Source: Scyliorhinus canicula (Eukaryota). Taken from it: DNA of 64,000 nucleotides. A program made the translations under genes and the position numbers. Every line of letters starts with the position of its first letter. Position 1 is the first letter of the stretch. Of this stretch, positions 11,301 through 23,395 are shown one piece after another. Location of the stretch: positions 295,519-359,518 of the forward strand of contig NW_024055494.1 in NCBI RefSeq assembly GCF_902713615.1, given 5' to 3'. The notes under the pieces are model-generated. The model saw nothing but the letters and a program-made list of their open reading frames with translations, was not told the origin of the DNA and made no database searches.

Positions 11301-14300
11301 ACGCTCAGTCACACACCTTCACACACTCACCCTCATTCACTTACCTTCACCCACCCATGCTTACTCACCCTCATTCACTCTGCTCTCACTTACTCACCCT
11401 CGTTCACCCACACACCCTCACTTACTCACCCTCAGTCAGACAGCCTCACACACTCACCCTCATTCACTTACCCTCACCCAGCCACCCAACCTCACCCATG
11501 CTCGGTCACACACCTTCACACACACACCCTCATTCACTTACCCTCACTCACCCATGCTCACTCGCCCACACTCACACTGCCCTCACTTACTCATCCTCAC
11601 TCAATCACCCACCCACCCTCGATTACCTTAATTCAGTAACTTACCCTCACTCAGTCACCCACAATCACTAACACACTGACTCACCCACTCTCCCTCCCAA
11701 CTCTCATTCACTCAACCTCACTGACACCCTGAATCACTCACCTCACTCACTCTCTTACTCACTCAGCCACCCTCAGTAAACTACCCTAATTCAGCTCCAC
11801 TCACTCAACATCACACCCACCATCACTCACCCATCATATCGCATTCACCCACCCTGACTCACTACCATCACTCACACAGCCTCATTCACACACCCTCACG
11901 CACAGAGCCTCACTCACACAGCCTCACTCACACAGCCTCACTCACACACCCTCACTCACACAGCCTCACTCACACACTCACTCACTACCCTCATTCACAC
12001 AGCCTCACTCACACAGCCTCACTCACACACACTCACTCACTACCCTCACTCACACAGCCTGACTCACACAGCCTCACTCACACAGCCTCACTCACACAGC
12101 CTCACTCACACACCCTCACTCACACAGCCTCACTCACACATCCTCACTCACACAGCCTCACTCACACAGCCTCACTCACACAGCCTCAGTCACACACCCT
12201 CACTCACACACCCTCACTCACACACTCTCACTCACACAGCCTCACTCACACAGCCTCACTCACTACCATCACTCACACAGCCTCACTCACACAGCCTCAC
12301 TCACACACCCTCACCCACGCACCCTCACTCACACAGCCTCACTCAAACAGCCTCACTCACACACCCTCACTCACACAGCCTCACTCACACAGCCTCACTC
12401 ACACAGCTTCACTCACTACCGTCACTCACACAGCCTCATTCACACAGACTCATAGACACAGCTTCACTCACACACCCTCACTCACACACCCTCACTCACA
12501 CAGCCTCAGCCACACAGCCTCAGCCACACAGCCTCACTCACACAACCTCACTCACACAGCCTCAGCCACACAGCCTCACTCACACACCCTCACTCACACA
12601 GCCTCACTCACACAGCCTTACTCACACACCATCACTCACATCGCCTCACTCACACAGCCTCACTCACACAGCCTCACTCACACAGCCTCACTCACACAGC
12701 CTCACTCACACACCCTCACTCACAGACCCTCACTCACTCACTCCCCTCACTCTCACAACCTCACTCACTCAAACAGCCTCACTCGCTATAACACCCTCAC
12801 TCACCATCACTCTCTCACACTCATTGACTCACACTTGCTAGCCCAACATGAATCACTCACTCTCATTCACCCACACTCACTCACACACCCTCACTCACGC
12901 ACCCTCACTCACACACCCTCACTCACACTCCCTCACTCACACAGCCTCACTCACACAGCCTCACTCACACAGCCTCACTCACACAGCCTCAGTCACACAC
13001 CATCACTCACACAGCCTCACTCACACAGCCTCTCTCACACACCCTCACTCACACAGCCTCAGTCATACAGTCTCACTCACACAGCCTCACTCACACAGCC
13101 TCACTCACACACCCTCACTCACACAGCCTCACTCACACAGCCTCACTCACACACCCTCACTCACACAGCCTCAGTCATACAGCCTCACCCACACAGCCTC
13201 ACTTACACACCCTCACTCACACAGCTTCACTCACTACCGTCACTCACACAGCTTCATTCACACAGACTCAGAGACACAGCCTCACTCACAGAGCCTCATT
13301 CACACAGCCTCACTCACACAGCCTCACTCACACAGCCTCACTCACACAGCCTCATTCACTACACTCACTCACACAGCCTCACTCACACACCCTCACTCAC
13401 ACACCCTCACTCACACACCCTCACCCACACACCCTCACTCACACACCCTCACTCACACACCCTCAGTCACTCACTCCCCTCACTCTCACAACCTCACTCA
13501 CTCAAACAGCCTCACTCGCTATAACACCCTCACTCACCATCACTCTCTCACACTCATTGACTCACACTTGCTAGCCCAACATGAATCACTCACTCTCATT
13601 CACCCACACTCACTCACACACCCTCACTCACGCACCCTCACTCACACACCCTCACTCACACTCCCTCACTCACACAGCCTCACTCACACAGCCTCACTCA
13701 CACAGCCTCACTCACACAGCCTCAGTCACACACCCTCACTCACACAGCCTCACTCACACAGCCTCTCTCACACACCCTCACTCACACAGCCTCAGTCATA
13801 CAGTCTCACTCACACAGCCTCACTCACACAGCCTCACTCACACACCCTCACTCACACAGCCTCACTCACACAGCCTCCCTCACACACCCTCACTCACACA
13901 GCCTCAGTCATACAGCCTCACCCACACAGCCTCACTTACACACCCTCACTCACACAGCTTCACTCACTACCGTCACTCACACAGCTTCATTCACACAGAC
14001 TCAGAGACACAGCCTCACTCACAGAGCCTCATTCACACAGCCTCACTCACACAGCCTCACTCACACAGCCTCACTCACACAGCCTCATTCACTACACTCA
14101 CTCACACAGCCTCACTCACACACCCTCACTCACACACCCTCACTCACACACCCTCACCCACACACCCTCACTCACACACCCTCACTCACACACCCTCAGT
14201 CACTCACTCCCCTCACTCTCACAACCTCACTCACTCAAACAGCCTCACTCGCTATAACACCCTCACTCACCATCACTCTCTCACACTCATTGACTCACAC

Positions 14301-16931
14301 TTGCTAGCCCAACATGAATCACTCACTCTCATTCACCCACACTCACTCACACACCCTCACTCACCGACACAGCCTCACTCACACACCCTCACTCACACTC
14401 CCTCACTCACACAGCCTCACTCACACACCCTCACTCACACTCCCTCACTCACACAGTCTCACTCATACAGCCTCACTCACTTCCCTCACTCACACAGCCT
14501 CACTCACCCACTCTCACTCACAGAGCCTGACTCACACAGCCTCACTCACACAGCCTCACTCACACAGCCTCACTCACGCACCCTCACTCACACACCCTCA
14601 CTCACAGACACAGCCTCACTCACAACCCACACTCACACAGCCTCACTTACTTCCCTCACTCACACAGCCTCACTCACACAGCCTCACTCACACACCCTCA
14701 CTCACACAGCCTCAGTCACAAACCCTCACTCACACACCCTCACTCACACACCCTCACTCACACAGCCTCACTCACACACCCTCACTCACACACCCTCACT
14801 CACCCACTCTCACTCACACACCCTCACTCACCGACACAGCCTCACTCACAACCCACACTCACACAGCCTCACTCACACAGTCTCACTCATACAGCCTCAC
14901 TCACTTCCCTCACTCACACAGCCTCACTCACCCACTCTCACTCACAGAGCCTGACTCACACAGCCTCACTCACACAGCCTCACTCACACAGCCTCACTCA
15001 CGCACCCTCACTCACACACCCTCACTCACAGACACAGCCTCACTCACAACCCACACTCACACAGCCTCACTTACTTCCCTCACTCACACAGCCTCACTCA
15101 CACAGCCTCACTCACACACCCTCACTCACACAGCCTCAGTCACAAACCCTCACTCACACACCCTCACTCACACACCCTCACTCACACAGCCTCACTCACA
15201 CACCCTCACTCACACACCCTCACTCACCCACTCTCACTCACACAGCCTCATTCACACACCCTCACTCACACACCCTCACTCACACAGCCTCACTCACACA
15301 CCCTCACTCACACAGCCTCACTCACACACCCTCACTCACACAGCCTCACTCACACAGCCTCACTCACAAAGCGTCTCTCACCCACCATTTCCCATGCGCC
15401 TTCACTCACAATCTCGCCCATCCTCATTCACACACCCTCACTCATGTTCCCTCACACACACTCACTCAGCCACCCTCACTTACACACACTCATGCACCCA
15501 CCCTCTTTCACCCACTCTCACTCAACCTCACACCCTAACCCACTCTCATTCACTTACCTTCACTCACTCACCCTCACTTACTCACACTCACTCACCCTCA
15601 CACTCACTCTCATTAACTCACTCACCCAACCTCATTCAATTACCCATATTCTCTACCATTCACTCACTCATGCACCCACTCTCATTCACTCACTCACCCT
15701 CACTCACCCGCTAACTGTCACGTACACTCCTGGCTCACTCACCCTCACTCACTCACCCTCACTGAATCACCCTCACTCATTCAGCCTCACTCATTCAGCC
15801 TCACTCATTCACCCTCACTCATTCACCCTCACTCAATCACCCTCGCTCAATCACCCTCACTCAATCACCCTCACTCAATCACCCTCACTCAATCACCCTC
15901 ACTCAATCACCCTCACTCATTCACCCTCACACATTCACCCTCACTCATTCACCCTCACTAATGCACTCTCATTCATTCACCCTCCCTCACCTTCCCTCAA
16001 CCTCCCCCTCCCTCACCCTCCCTCACTCAGTCACCTTCACTCTCATGTTCACTGCACACCTTCACTCACAAACTCACCCTCCCAGCCTCACTCAGCCTGC
16101 CTCATTTATTCTCCACCTCTCACTCACTGCCCCTCACCCATCCAGACCCATCCAACCTCAGTGACATACCCTCACCCATTTACCCTCACTCCATCAACCA
16201 CCCATTCTCTCCCACTCATCCACACTCCAACCGTTACTCAGTTACTCACTCACCCGCACTCACTCTCCTACTCTCACTCAGTTACTCACTCACCCGCACT
16301 CACTCTCCTACCCTCACTCAGTTACTCACCCACCCACACTCACTCTCCTACCTTCATTCAGTTACTCACTCACCCACACTCACTCTCCTACCCTCACTCA
16401 GTTACTCACTCACCCACACTCACTCTCCTACCCTCACTCAGTTACTCACTCACCCACACTCATTCTCCTACCCTCACTAAGTTACTCACTCACCCACACT
16501 CACTCTCCTGTCCTCACTCAGTTACCCACTCATCCACACTCACTCTCCTACCCTCACTCAGTTACTCACTCACTCGCACTCACTCTCCTACCCTCACTCA
16601 GTTACTCACTCACCCGCACTCACTCTCCTACCCTCACTCAGTTACTCACTCACCCGCACTCACTCCCCTACCCTCACTCAGTTACCCACTCACCCACAGT
16701 CACTCCCCTACCCTCACTCAGTTACTCACTCACCCACACTCACTCTCCTATCTTCACTCAGTTACTCACGCACCTGCACTCACTCCCCTACCCTCACTCA
16801 GTTACCCACTCACCCACACTCACTCCCCTACCCTCACTCAGTTACTCACTCACCCACACTCACTCTCCTACCCTCACTCAGTTACCCACTCATCCACACT
16901 CACTCTCCTACCCTCACTCAGTTACTCACTC
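8337..16931 (+). repeat. 8.6-kb CA-rich compound minisatellite (14-mer CACACAGCCTCACT/CACACACCCTCACT; 40-bp unit at ~16230-16931)
   Basis: Directly visible tandem units. Higher-order 733-bp repeats place identical ORF starts at 12848, 13581 and 14314. Confidence 0.97.
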
Positions 16932-17311
16932 AGAGAGCCGGGGGGAGGAGCAGAGAGCTGGGGGAAGGGGCAGAGAGCCGGGGGAAGGGGCAGAGAGCTG
17001 GGGAAGGTGCAGAGAGCCGGTGGAGTAGCAGAGAGCCGGAGGAAAATCCATGGAGTGGGTCATAAGCGATAAGAATCGGGGGGACGCACAGGGAGCGCGG
17101 GGCGGTGTGCGGGGGGATTGCAGACAGCCCGGTCTCAGTGACAGGCGGAATGTGAAACTGCACAATCAACACAGGCAGGAGCTTACTGAATGGGGAGGAG
17201 ACTCGACAGACCGAATGGCCGACTCCTGCTGTTAATGTGCATGATCCTAAAATTAGAGACTGTTGCAATTACTCAAATGTAGAGTTTTATTGTAATTATA
17301 TAAATGTGCAT

Positions 17312-17910
17312 TCAGTGAGCTGGATTGTGACGTACACAGCTCAGTTAGCTGGATTGTGACGTACACAGCGCAGTCAACTGGATTGTGACGTACACAGCTC
17401 AGTCAGCTGGATTGTGACGTACACAACTCAGTCAGCTGGATTGTGACGTTCACAGCTCAGTCAGCTGGACTGTGACGTACACAGCTCATCTAGCTGGACT
17501 TTGACGTACCCAGCTCAGTTAGCTGGATTGTGACGTACACAGCTCAGTTAGCTGGATTATGACGTACACAGCTCAGTTAGCTGGATTGTGACGTACACAG
17601 CTCAGTTAGCTGGATTGTGACGTACACAGCGCAGTCAACTGGATTGTGACGTACACAGCTCAGTCAGCTGGATTGTGACGTACACAACTCAGTCAGCTGG
17701 ATTGTGACGTACACAGCTCATATAGCTGGACTTTGACGTACACAGCTCAGTTAGCTGGATTGTGACGTACACAGCTCAGTTAGCTGGATTGTGACGTACA
17801 CAGCTCAGTTTGCTGGATTGTGACGTACACAGCTCAGTTTGCTGGATTGTGACGTACACGGCTTAGTGAGCTGGATTGTGACGGTCACGGCTCAGTCAGC
17901 TGGGCAGCTG
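17312..17910 (+). repeat. 29-bp tandem array, 20 units (TCAGTTAGCTGGATTGTGACGTACACAGC)
   Basis: Units counted by eye, with about 30 AGCT and 19 TGACGT motifs. Confidence 0.97.
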
Positions 17911-18090
17911 GTTCGTGATGAAGATCAATCCCAGCAGCGCGGGTTCAATTGCTGCACCGACTGAGGTTATTCATAAAGACCCCCATTCTCAACCTTTGCC
18001 CTGGCCTGGGATGTGGTGACCCTCAGGTTAAATCACCACCAGTCAGCTCTCAAAAGGAGAGAGCAGACTCCGGGTCTGTGGGACATTACA
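17885..18090 (+). mobile_element. tRNA-derived SINE (second family) abutting the 29-bp array
   Basis: A-box-like GGCTCAGTCAGCTGG, B-box-like GGGTTCAATT and body TGACCCTC.GGTTAAATCACC.CCAGTCAGCTCTC, shared with the copy at ~57830-58020. Confidence 0.75.
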
Positions 18091-18157
18091 TTTTGTTTTA
18101 CATGATGGCTGACATAATGGGGAAAATCATCCGCTCTTCGCTTTCGCTTTCAATCCA

Positions 18158-18165
18158 ATGCAAAT
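18158..18165 (+). promoter_or_regulatory. Perfect Ig octamer motif ATGCAAAT
   Basis: Exact match 250 bp upstream of the Cmu1 acceptor. Function is not shown. Confidence 0.4.
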
Positions 18166-18415
18166 TACATCATTCAGATTACATCAAAATGTTGTTTTTT
18201 TGTGATAGAGACGGAGAAAGATGTGATTTTCTAATGAGGGGTAAACAGGTGTTGGTTCTCAAATGATAGAACTAATAGAAGCTGAAATGTGGATGTAGCA
18301 TTTGTTAGGAAAATGTTGGAATAAACACATAGTTCTCGTCAAATTTTGACATGTTTGGTTACTGAATAAATACAATCCCAGAGTCTAACTTGTTGAATGG
18401 GTCATTCTCTCCCAG

Positions 18416-18715
18416 CGACACCGTCTCCGCCCACTCTCTACAGCCTGGTCTCCTCCTGTCAGCAACACAACACCGACGGCTCCGTGACCTTCGGCTGTTT
18501 GGCGATGGACTACTCCCCAGAAATCACCAGCCTTACCTGGAAGAAAGATGGGCAGCTGATCGACACTGGAGTTAAGAAATACCCGTCAGTGAGAAACAAG
18601 AAGGGAACCTACACCCTGAGCAGCCAGTTAACCATCACCGAGTCAGAGGGGGAATGCAGCAAAATCAGCTGTGAGGTTCGACACAGCGGCTCAGCCAAGA
18701 GCATTGGAATGACAT
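18416..18715 (+). CDS. IGHM: Cmu1 exon ([15 protein letters not shown]...FGCLAMDY...LTWKK...ISCEVRH...GMT)
   Basis: C1-set Ig domain, acceptor CTCTCCCAG, phase-1 donor T|GTAAG, 300 nt. Confidence 0.97.
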
Positions 18716-18922
18716 GTAAGTGTTGTGGAATCTGTGAGAATCAGAAACCTATGATTATCTTGTATAGGGTCTTGGATATAACTAATTTTAATACTCTGCA
18801 TATTTCTGATCCCTGGAAAATCAAGCTTTGTGTCTATTGACCACAAACATGTTTTAAAGCATATGAACTCATTTTTTTCATCAATTTCTTCTGCAATAAA
18901 TATCTAATTGTGTTTCTTGAAG

Positions 18923-19231
18923 GTCCCAGAATTTATGCTCCAAATGTTCTCCTCACCGTGAGTTCCAGTGAAGAAATCACAAGACAGAAATTTGCAACCA
19001 TCGTCTGTTCAATTAACGATTTCCAGCCAAATTCAATCACGGTGAAGTGGCTGAAGAATGGACAACCCATGGGTTCAGGAATTGTCACCTCTCCCGCCTG
19101 TGAAGTGAACGGGAACTTCTCGGCGAGCAGTCGGCTGACAGTCTCCGCTGGGGAATGGTTCAGCAAAGCGGTCTATACCTGCCAGGTCACTCATCAAGAG
19201 GTCACCCAAAGTCACAACATCACCGCGTCTG
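18923..19231 (+). CDS. IGHM: Cmu2 exon ([11 protein letters not shown]...IVCSINDF...VKWLKNG...YTCQVTH...ITAS)
   Basis: C1-set domain, AG at 18921-2, donor G|GTAAG at 19232. Confidence 0.97.
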
Positions 19232-19853
19232 GTAAGGGACACAAACAGAGGAAAGAATAAATCATCCTGCATTCTGATGTTAATCCAAATCAGGAATTTA
19301 CTGAAGTTAGTACAAAGCACAGAATAACTTCTAATTTACTGCCATGTAGTTTGTGTTTCATTCTGACGGAAAAGCTGCATTAGGATTGCTCACCATTCAG
19401 GATTTGATCAGTATAGAAATACATGTTTCACTCTAATTTGAAGTCATCTAGTGAGTGAGGTGGCCTTGATATCAGCTTTATCCTGAGACCGCTGCTTATA
19501 TTTGAGAGTCAGTGGGTGTCTGAAACACTTTACTGATAACAGCTCCGGGACGAAAGTGTTGGAAAGTTCAATCCAATCTATTTATAAATAAGCCCTCAGT
19601 ACTTCGTTCCTGAGATCAGCACTTGAGTATTTGTATTGGGAATGCTGCAATACTGATTCGTTAGAATGGCATCGGGGCTGACTGTATTTCATAATGAGAA
19701 TAGTTTACACTGACCAAACGTGCATAGAAGATTAATGGCGATCATTAGAAGTCTCGAAGTTGATTCATTCCCATTGAGCGAGTGAAGGCTGAATCCTGCT
19801 GTCCTGATTCTGAAGATGAAACTTGGGTTGATTTCCACTTTTTTCATTCACAG

Positions 19854-20162
19854 ATCCTTCCGTTTGCACTGTTGCCTCAGTAACAATACTGCCACCACCA
19901 ATAGAACAGGTCTTGCTGGAGGCGACTGTAACCTTAACCTGCGTCATTTCGAATGCTCCTTATGGAGTCAACGTGTCCTGGAGTGAAGCGAAGAAGCCGC
20001 TGAAATCAGAGATCGCAGACCAGCCTGGGGCAGATACTGAGAGCGTGGTCAGCAAATTAAATATCTCGACACAAGCCTGGCTGAGTGGGGCTGTGTTTGA
20101 CTGTGTGGCGAGCCATCAGGACCTGCCAACTCCTTTAAGAATTTCAATACACAAAAAAATAG
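19854..20162 (+). CDS. IGHM: Cmu3 exon ([16 protein letters not shown]...LTCVIS...VSWSE...[13 protein letters not shown]...KKI)
   Basis: C1-set domain, acceptor TTCACAG, donor G|GTGAG at 20163. Confidence 0.97.
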
Positions 20163-20377
20163 GTGAGCGGTGAGACTGAAGCAATAAGTGAGTCATTGTG
20201 TCTATTTCTGGTGTCAGTGCAGCGGTCAGTATTTAGCATTCAGTGTATTTATGGTCCATTCTGATTGGTAATTCCACTAACTAAATACTCTGGGCCCTCA
20301 GAGTTTAAGGGGGAAATTGATATGTAGCAGAATGAACAATGAATTGAAAACAGTGATATTGGGTTTAGACGGAGCGA

Positions 20378-21575
20378 GACCATAGACCACAAGATTTAGG
20401 AGCAGATGAAGGCCATTGGGCCCATCAACAGCGGCCCAGCCTTCAGTGAGGTCATGACTGATCTGCTGTGATAATCTTCAACTCCTCTTTCCCACCTTAT
20501 CCCCAGATCTCTTGACGCTTTTACTAATTGAAAATGTTTCTCTCTCAACCTTGAACATACCGATCGACCTAGAATCTCCAGCCCCCTGGGTTAAATAATT
20601 CCACAGCTTCACTACCCTCTGAGAGAGGAAATTCCTTCTCATCTCGGTCTGAAATGGGCGAACCCTCACTTTGCGACCATGCACGCTGCTCCTAGACGCT
20701 CCCACAAGGGAAGACAATCTGTCTGCGTCTATCCTAAGAAGCTCCCGGAGAATATTTCATGTCTCAATTAGGCCGCCTTCATTCTTCTAAACTCCAATAT
20801 GTACAACCCAAAATACTTAGCCTCTCCCCATAAGAAAATCCCTCCATACTCGGGATCAACCTCGTGATCCTTCTTTGGACTGCCCTCAAAACCAATCTGT
20901 CTTCCTTAGATAAGGGCAACAAAACTGTTCAAAGTATACCAGGTGTAGACTAACTAATGCCTTGTATAGTTTTAGCCAGACTTCCCCATGTTTATATTCT
21001 ATTCCCTTTGAAATAAATGTCAACATTCAATTTGTCTCCATATTACCTGCAGAATTTGTTTTTTTGTGGTTTCTGCACGAGGACCCCCAATTCCCCCATT
21101 ACCTCAGATTTCTACAGTCTTTCTCCATCTAAATAATATTCCGTTATGTTCTTCCTCCTCCCAAAGTGGCTAACCTCACATTTTCCAACATTATGTCCCA
21201 TCTGCCAAGTTTTAACTCAGTGACTGAAGCTGTCTCTGTCCCTCTGTGGATTTTCTGTAACCTCACCACTTGCCTTTCTATTTTTGTCATCTGCAGCTGT
21301 GTGAATAGTACATTCATTTATTAAACACAGTTTTGAAATTCATGTATGTTACATCTACTGGTCCCCCTCTCTCTCGCCTTCTCCTTATCACCTCAAACAA
21401 TTGCAATAAATTTGTCAGGCATGATTTACCCTTCACGAAGCTGTGCAGACCCTGCTTGATTATACTCTGTATGTCTAAATGCTCAGCTACTGAGGTCCCT
21501 GGCCTATAGTGCCCTGTTTTTGTCTCCCTCCCTTTTGAATAAGGGTGTTACATTGGCAGTTTTCCAATCCTCTTG
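20378..21575 (-). mobile_element. Decayed CR1 LINE 3' fragment in the Cmu3-Cmu4 intron
   Basis: Minus frame reads FQTEMRRNFLSQRVVKLWN, like the C-terminus of the intact CR1 ORF2. CR1-type tail at the left end. Confidence 0.85.
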
Positions 21576-21866
21576 AGGTAGGGGGAGATTGATGTGGAGT
21601 TTATACAACAGCACAGAACAGTTGGGCCGAATGGCCTGTTTCCCTGCTGTACATTTTCTGAAACTTTCGAATCCAATATCCGTAAAGTCTCAGGGAAAAG
21701 GATTGTGTCCACCTCTGCTCCGAGCTGGGAACTCGGACAGATCCCAAAGTGGAAAATGGAAACCTTTAAAATCCAACACAAAACACATTTCTCTCACATC
21801 TAACCCGCGGTTCCATTGTCTCCGGAATTCCCCATTTTATTGACATTTATTGTACATTTTCTGCAG

Positions 21867-22258
21867 ATCCCAATCCGCGGGAACCGTCCGTCTCTGTCCT
21901 CCTGCCCTCGGCTGAAGACGTCTCCGCTCAGAGATTCGTCTCCCTCAGCTGCTTAGTGAGAGGTTTCTCCCCCCGACAGATCTTCGTCAAGTGGACCGTC
22001 AATGACAAGCCGGTGAATCCCGGGAACTACAAGAACACCGAGGTGATGGCGGAGAACGGCAATAGCTCCTTCTTCATGTACAGCCTGTTATCCATTGCAG
22101 CGGAGGAGTGGGCCAGCGGCGCTTCTTACTCCTGTGTGGTGGGACATGAAGCCATCCCCTTGAAGATCATCAACAGAACGGTTGATAAATCCAGCGGTAA
22201 ACCCAGTTTTGTCAACATTTCCCTCGCTCTGATGGACACCGTTAATTCATGTCAATGA
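21867..22258 (+). CDS. IGHM: Cmu4 exon plus secretory tailpiece (...DKSS|[20 protein letters not shown])
   Basis: C1-set domain, internal donor G|GTAAA at 22197 for the membrane form, tailpiece with NIS sequon and penultimate Cys. Confidence 0.98.
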
Positions 22259-22285
22259 GAATCTATTTGTTATATTTCGAACTAA

Positions 22286-22300
22286 AATAAAAATAATAAA
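22286..22300 (+). terminator. Polyadenylation signals for secretory mu mRNA
   Basis: AATAAA at 22286 and 22295, followed by T/GT-rich sequence. Confidence 0.85.
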
Positions 22301-22699
22301 GGTTTTTTCCTCCAATTGTGATTTAAATACACAGCCGCATAATTAATGGCGCTTCCACTTTGCTGATATTAGATCTGTTCAATGAGACCCGGATTTCTAC
22401 AGGTCTCGGCCCCAAGTCTGATACAACCAGAGCTCCCAGCTCAGATACACCCTGGGTTAGAGACAGAGTAAAACTCATTCATCCCAGGATTCAGCAAAAT
22501 ATCGTCATTGACTTTCCTCCCACTGAGGAGAAATCATTTCAGACAAACAAACCCATCACATTTAGATCTCGGTGTTCCTGCTTCTCTCATTGTCCATCCC
22601 TTTAAAATTAACGTCAGCTTTAAGTTGCTGCATCACACCCACTGGGAACTGAATTGAGGGTCACACAGAAACATGGACCAACAACCCCCCGTCAAAGAG

Positions 22700-23395
22700 A
22701 GGGGGAAGTGAAATTGTTAATCTACTGTACCCCTACCTCCCCAACAGAGAGAGTGGGAGGGGTATTAGTTATTCCACTGTCTCCCCACCCACCCACCTCC
22801 CCCACAGAGAGAGGGGGAAGGGCATTAGTTAAGCACTGTATCCCCACTTCCCCAACAGAGAGAGGGGGAGGGGCATTAGTTAATCCACTGTACCCCCACT
22901 TCCCCAACAGAGAGGGGGAGGGGCATTAGTTAATCCACTGTACCCCCACTTCCCCAATAGAGGGAGGGGGAGGGTCTTTAGTTAATTCACTGTACCCCCA
23001 CTTCCCCAACAGAGAGAGAGGGAGGGACTTTAGTTAATCTACTGTACCCCCACTTCACCAACAAAGAGAGGGGCATTAGTTAATCCATTGTCTCCCCACG
23101 TCCCCAACAAAGAGAGGGGTTGGGGCATTACTTAACACACTGTACCCCCCACTTCCCCAGCAAAGCGAGGGGAGGAGCATTAGTTAACACACTGTGCCCC
23201 CACTTCCCCAACAAAGAGACAGTGGGGGGCTGAGTTAATCCACTGGACACCCGCTTCCAACAATGAGTGGAAGGACATTATTTAATCCACTGCCTCCCCA
23301 CTTCCCCAACAAAGAGAGCAAAGGGGCAATACTAACCCGTTTTACCTCCACTTTCCCAACCACAAGAGGGGAAAGGTGATGAGTGAACTCTCTTT
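22700..23395 (+). repeat. ~50-bp minisatellite, ~13 copies (GGGCATTAGTTAATCCACTGTACCCCCACTTCCCCAACAGAGAGGGGGA)
   Basis: Unit starts seen at 22820, 22871, 22921 and onward. Confidence 0.9.

Noticed and set aside
8243-17072. Long His/Thr/Ser-rich ORFs (up to 734 aa)
   Set aside because: They are translations of the CA minisatellite, which lacks stop codons by composition. They overlap in several frames inside an intron and have no protein-like features.
17312-17910. CRISPR-like appearance of regular 29-bp repeats
   Set aside because: There are no unique spacers and no cas genes, and the context is vertebrate genomic DNA. The same applies to the 27-, 50- and 58-bp arrays.
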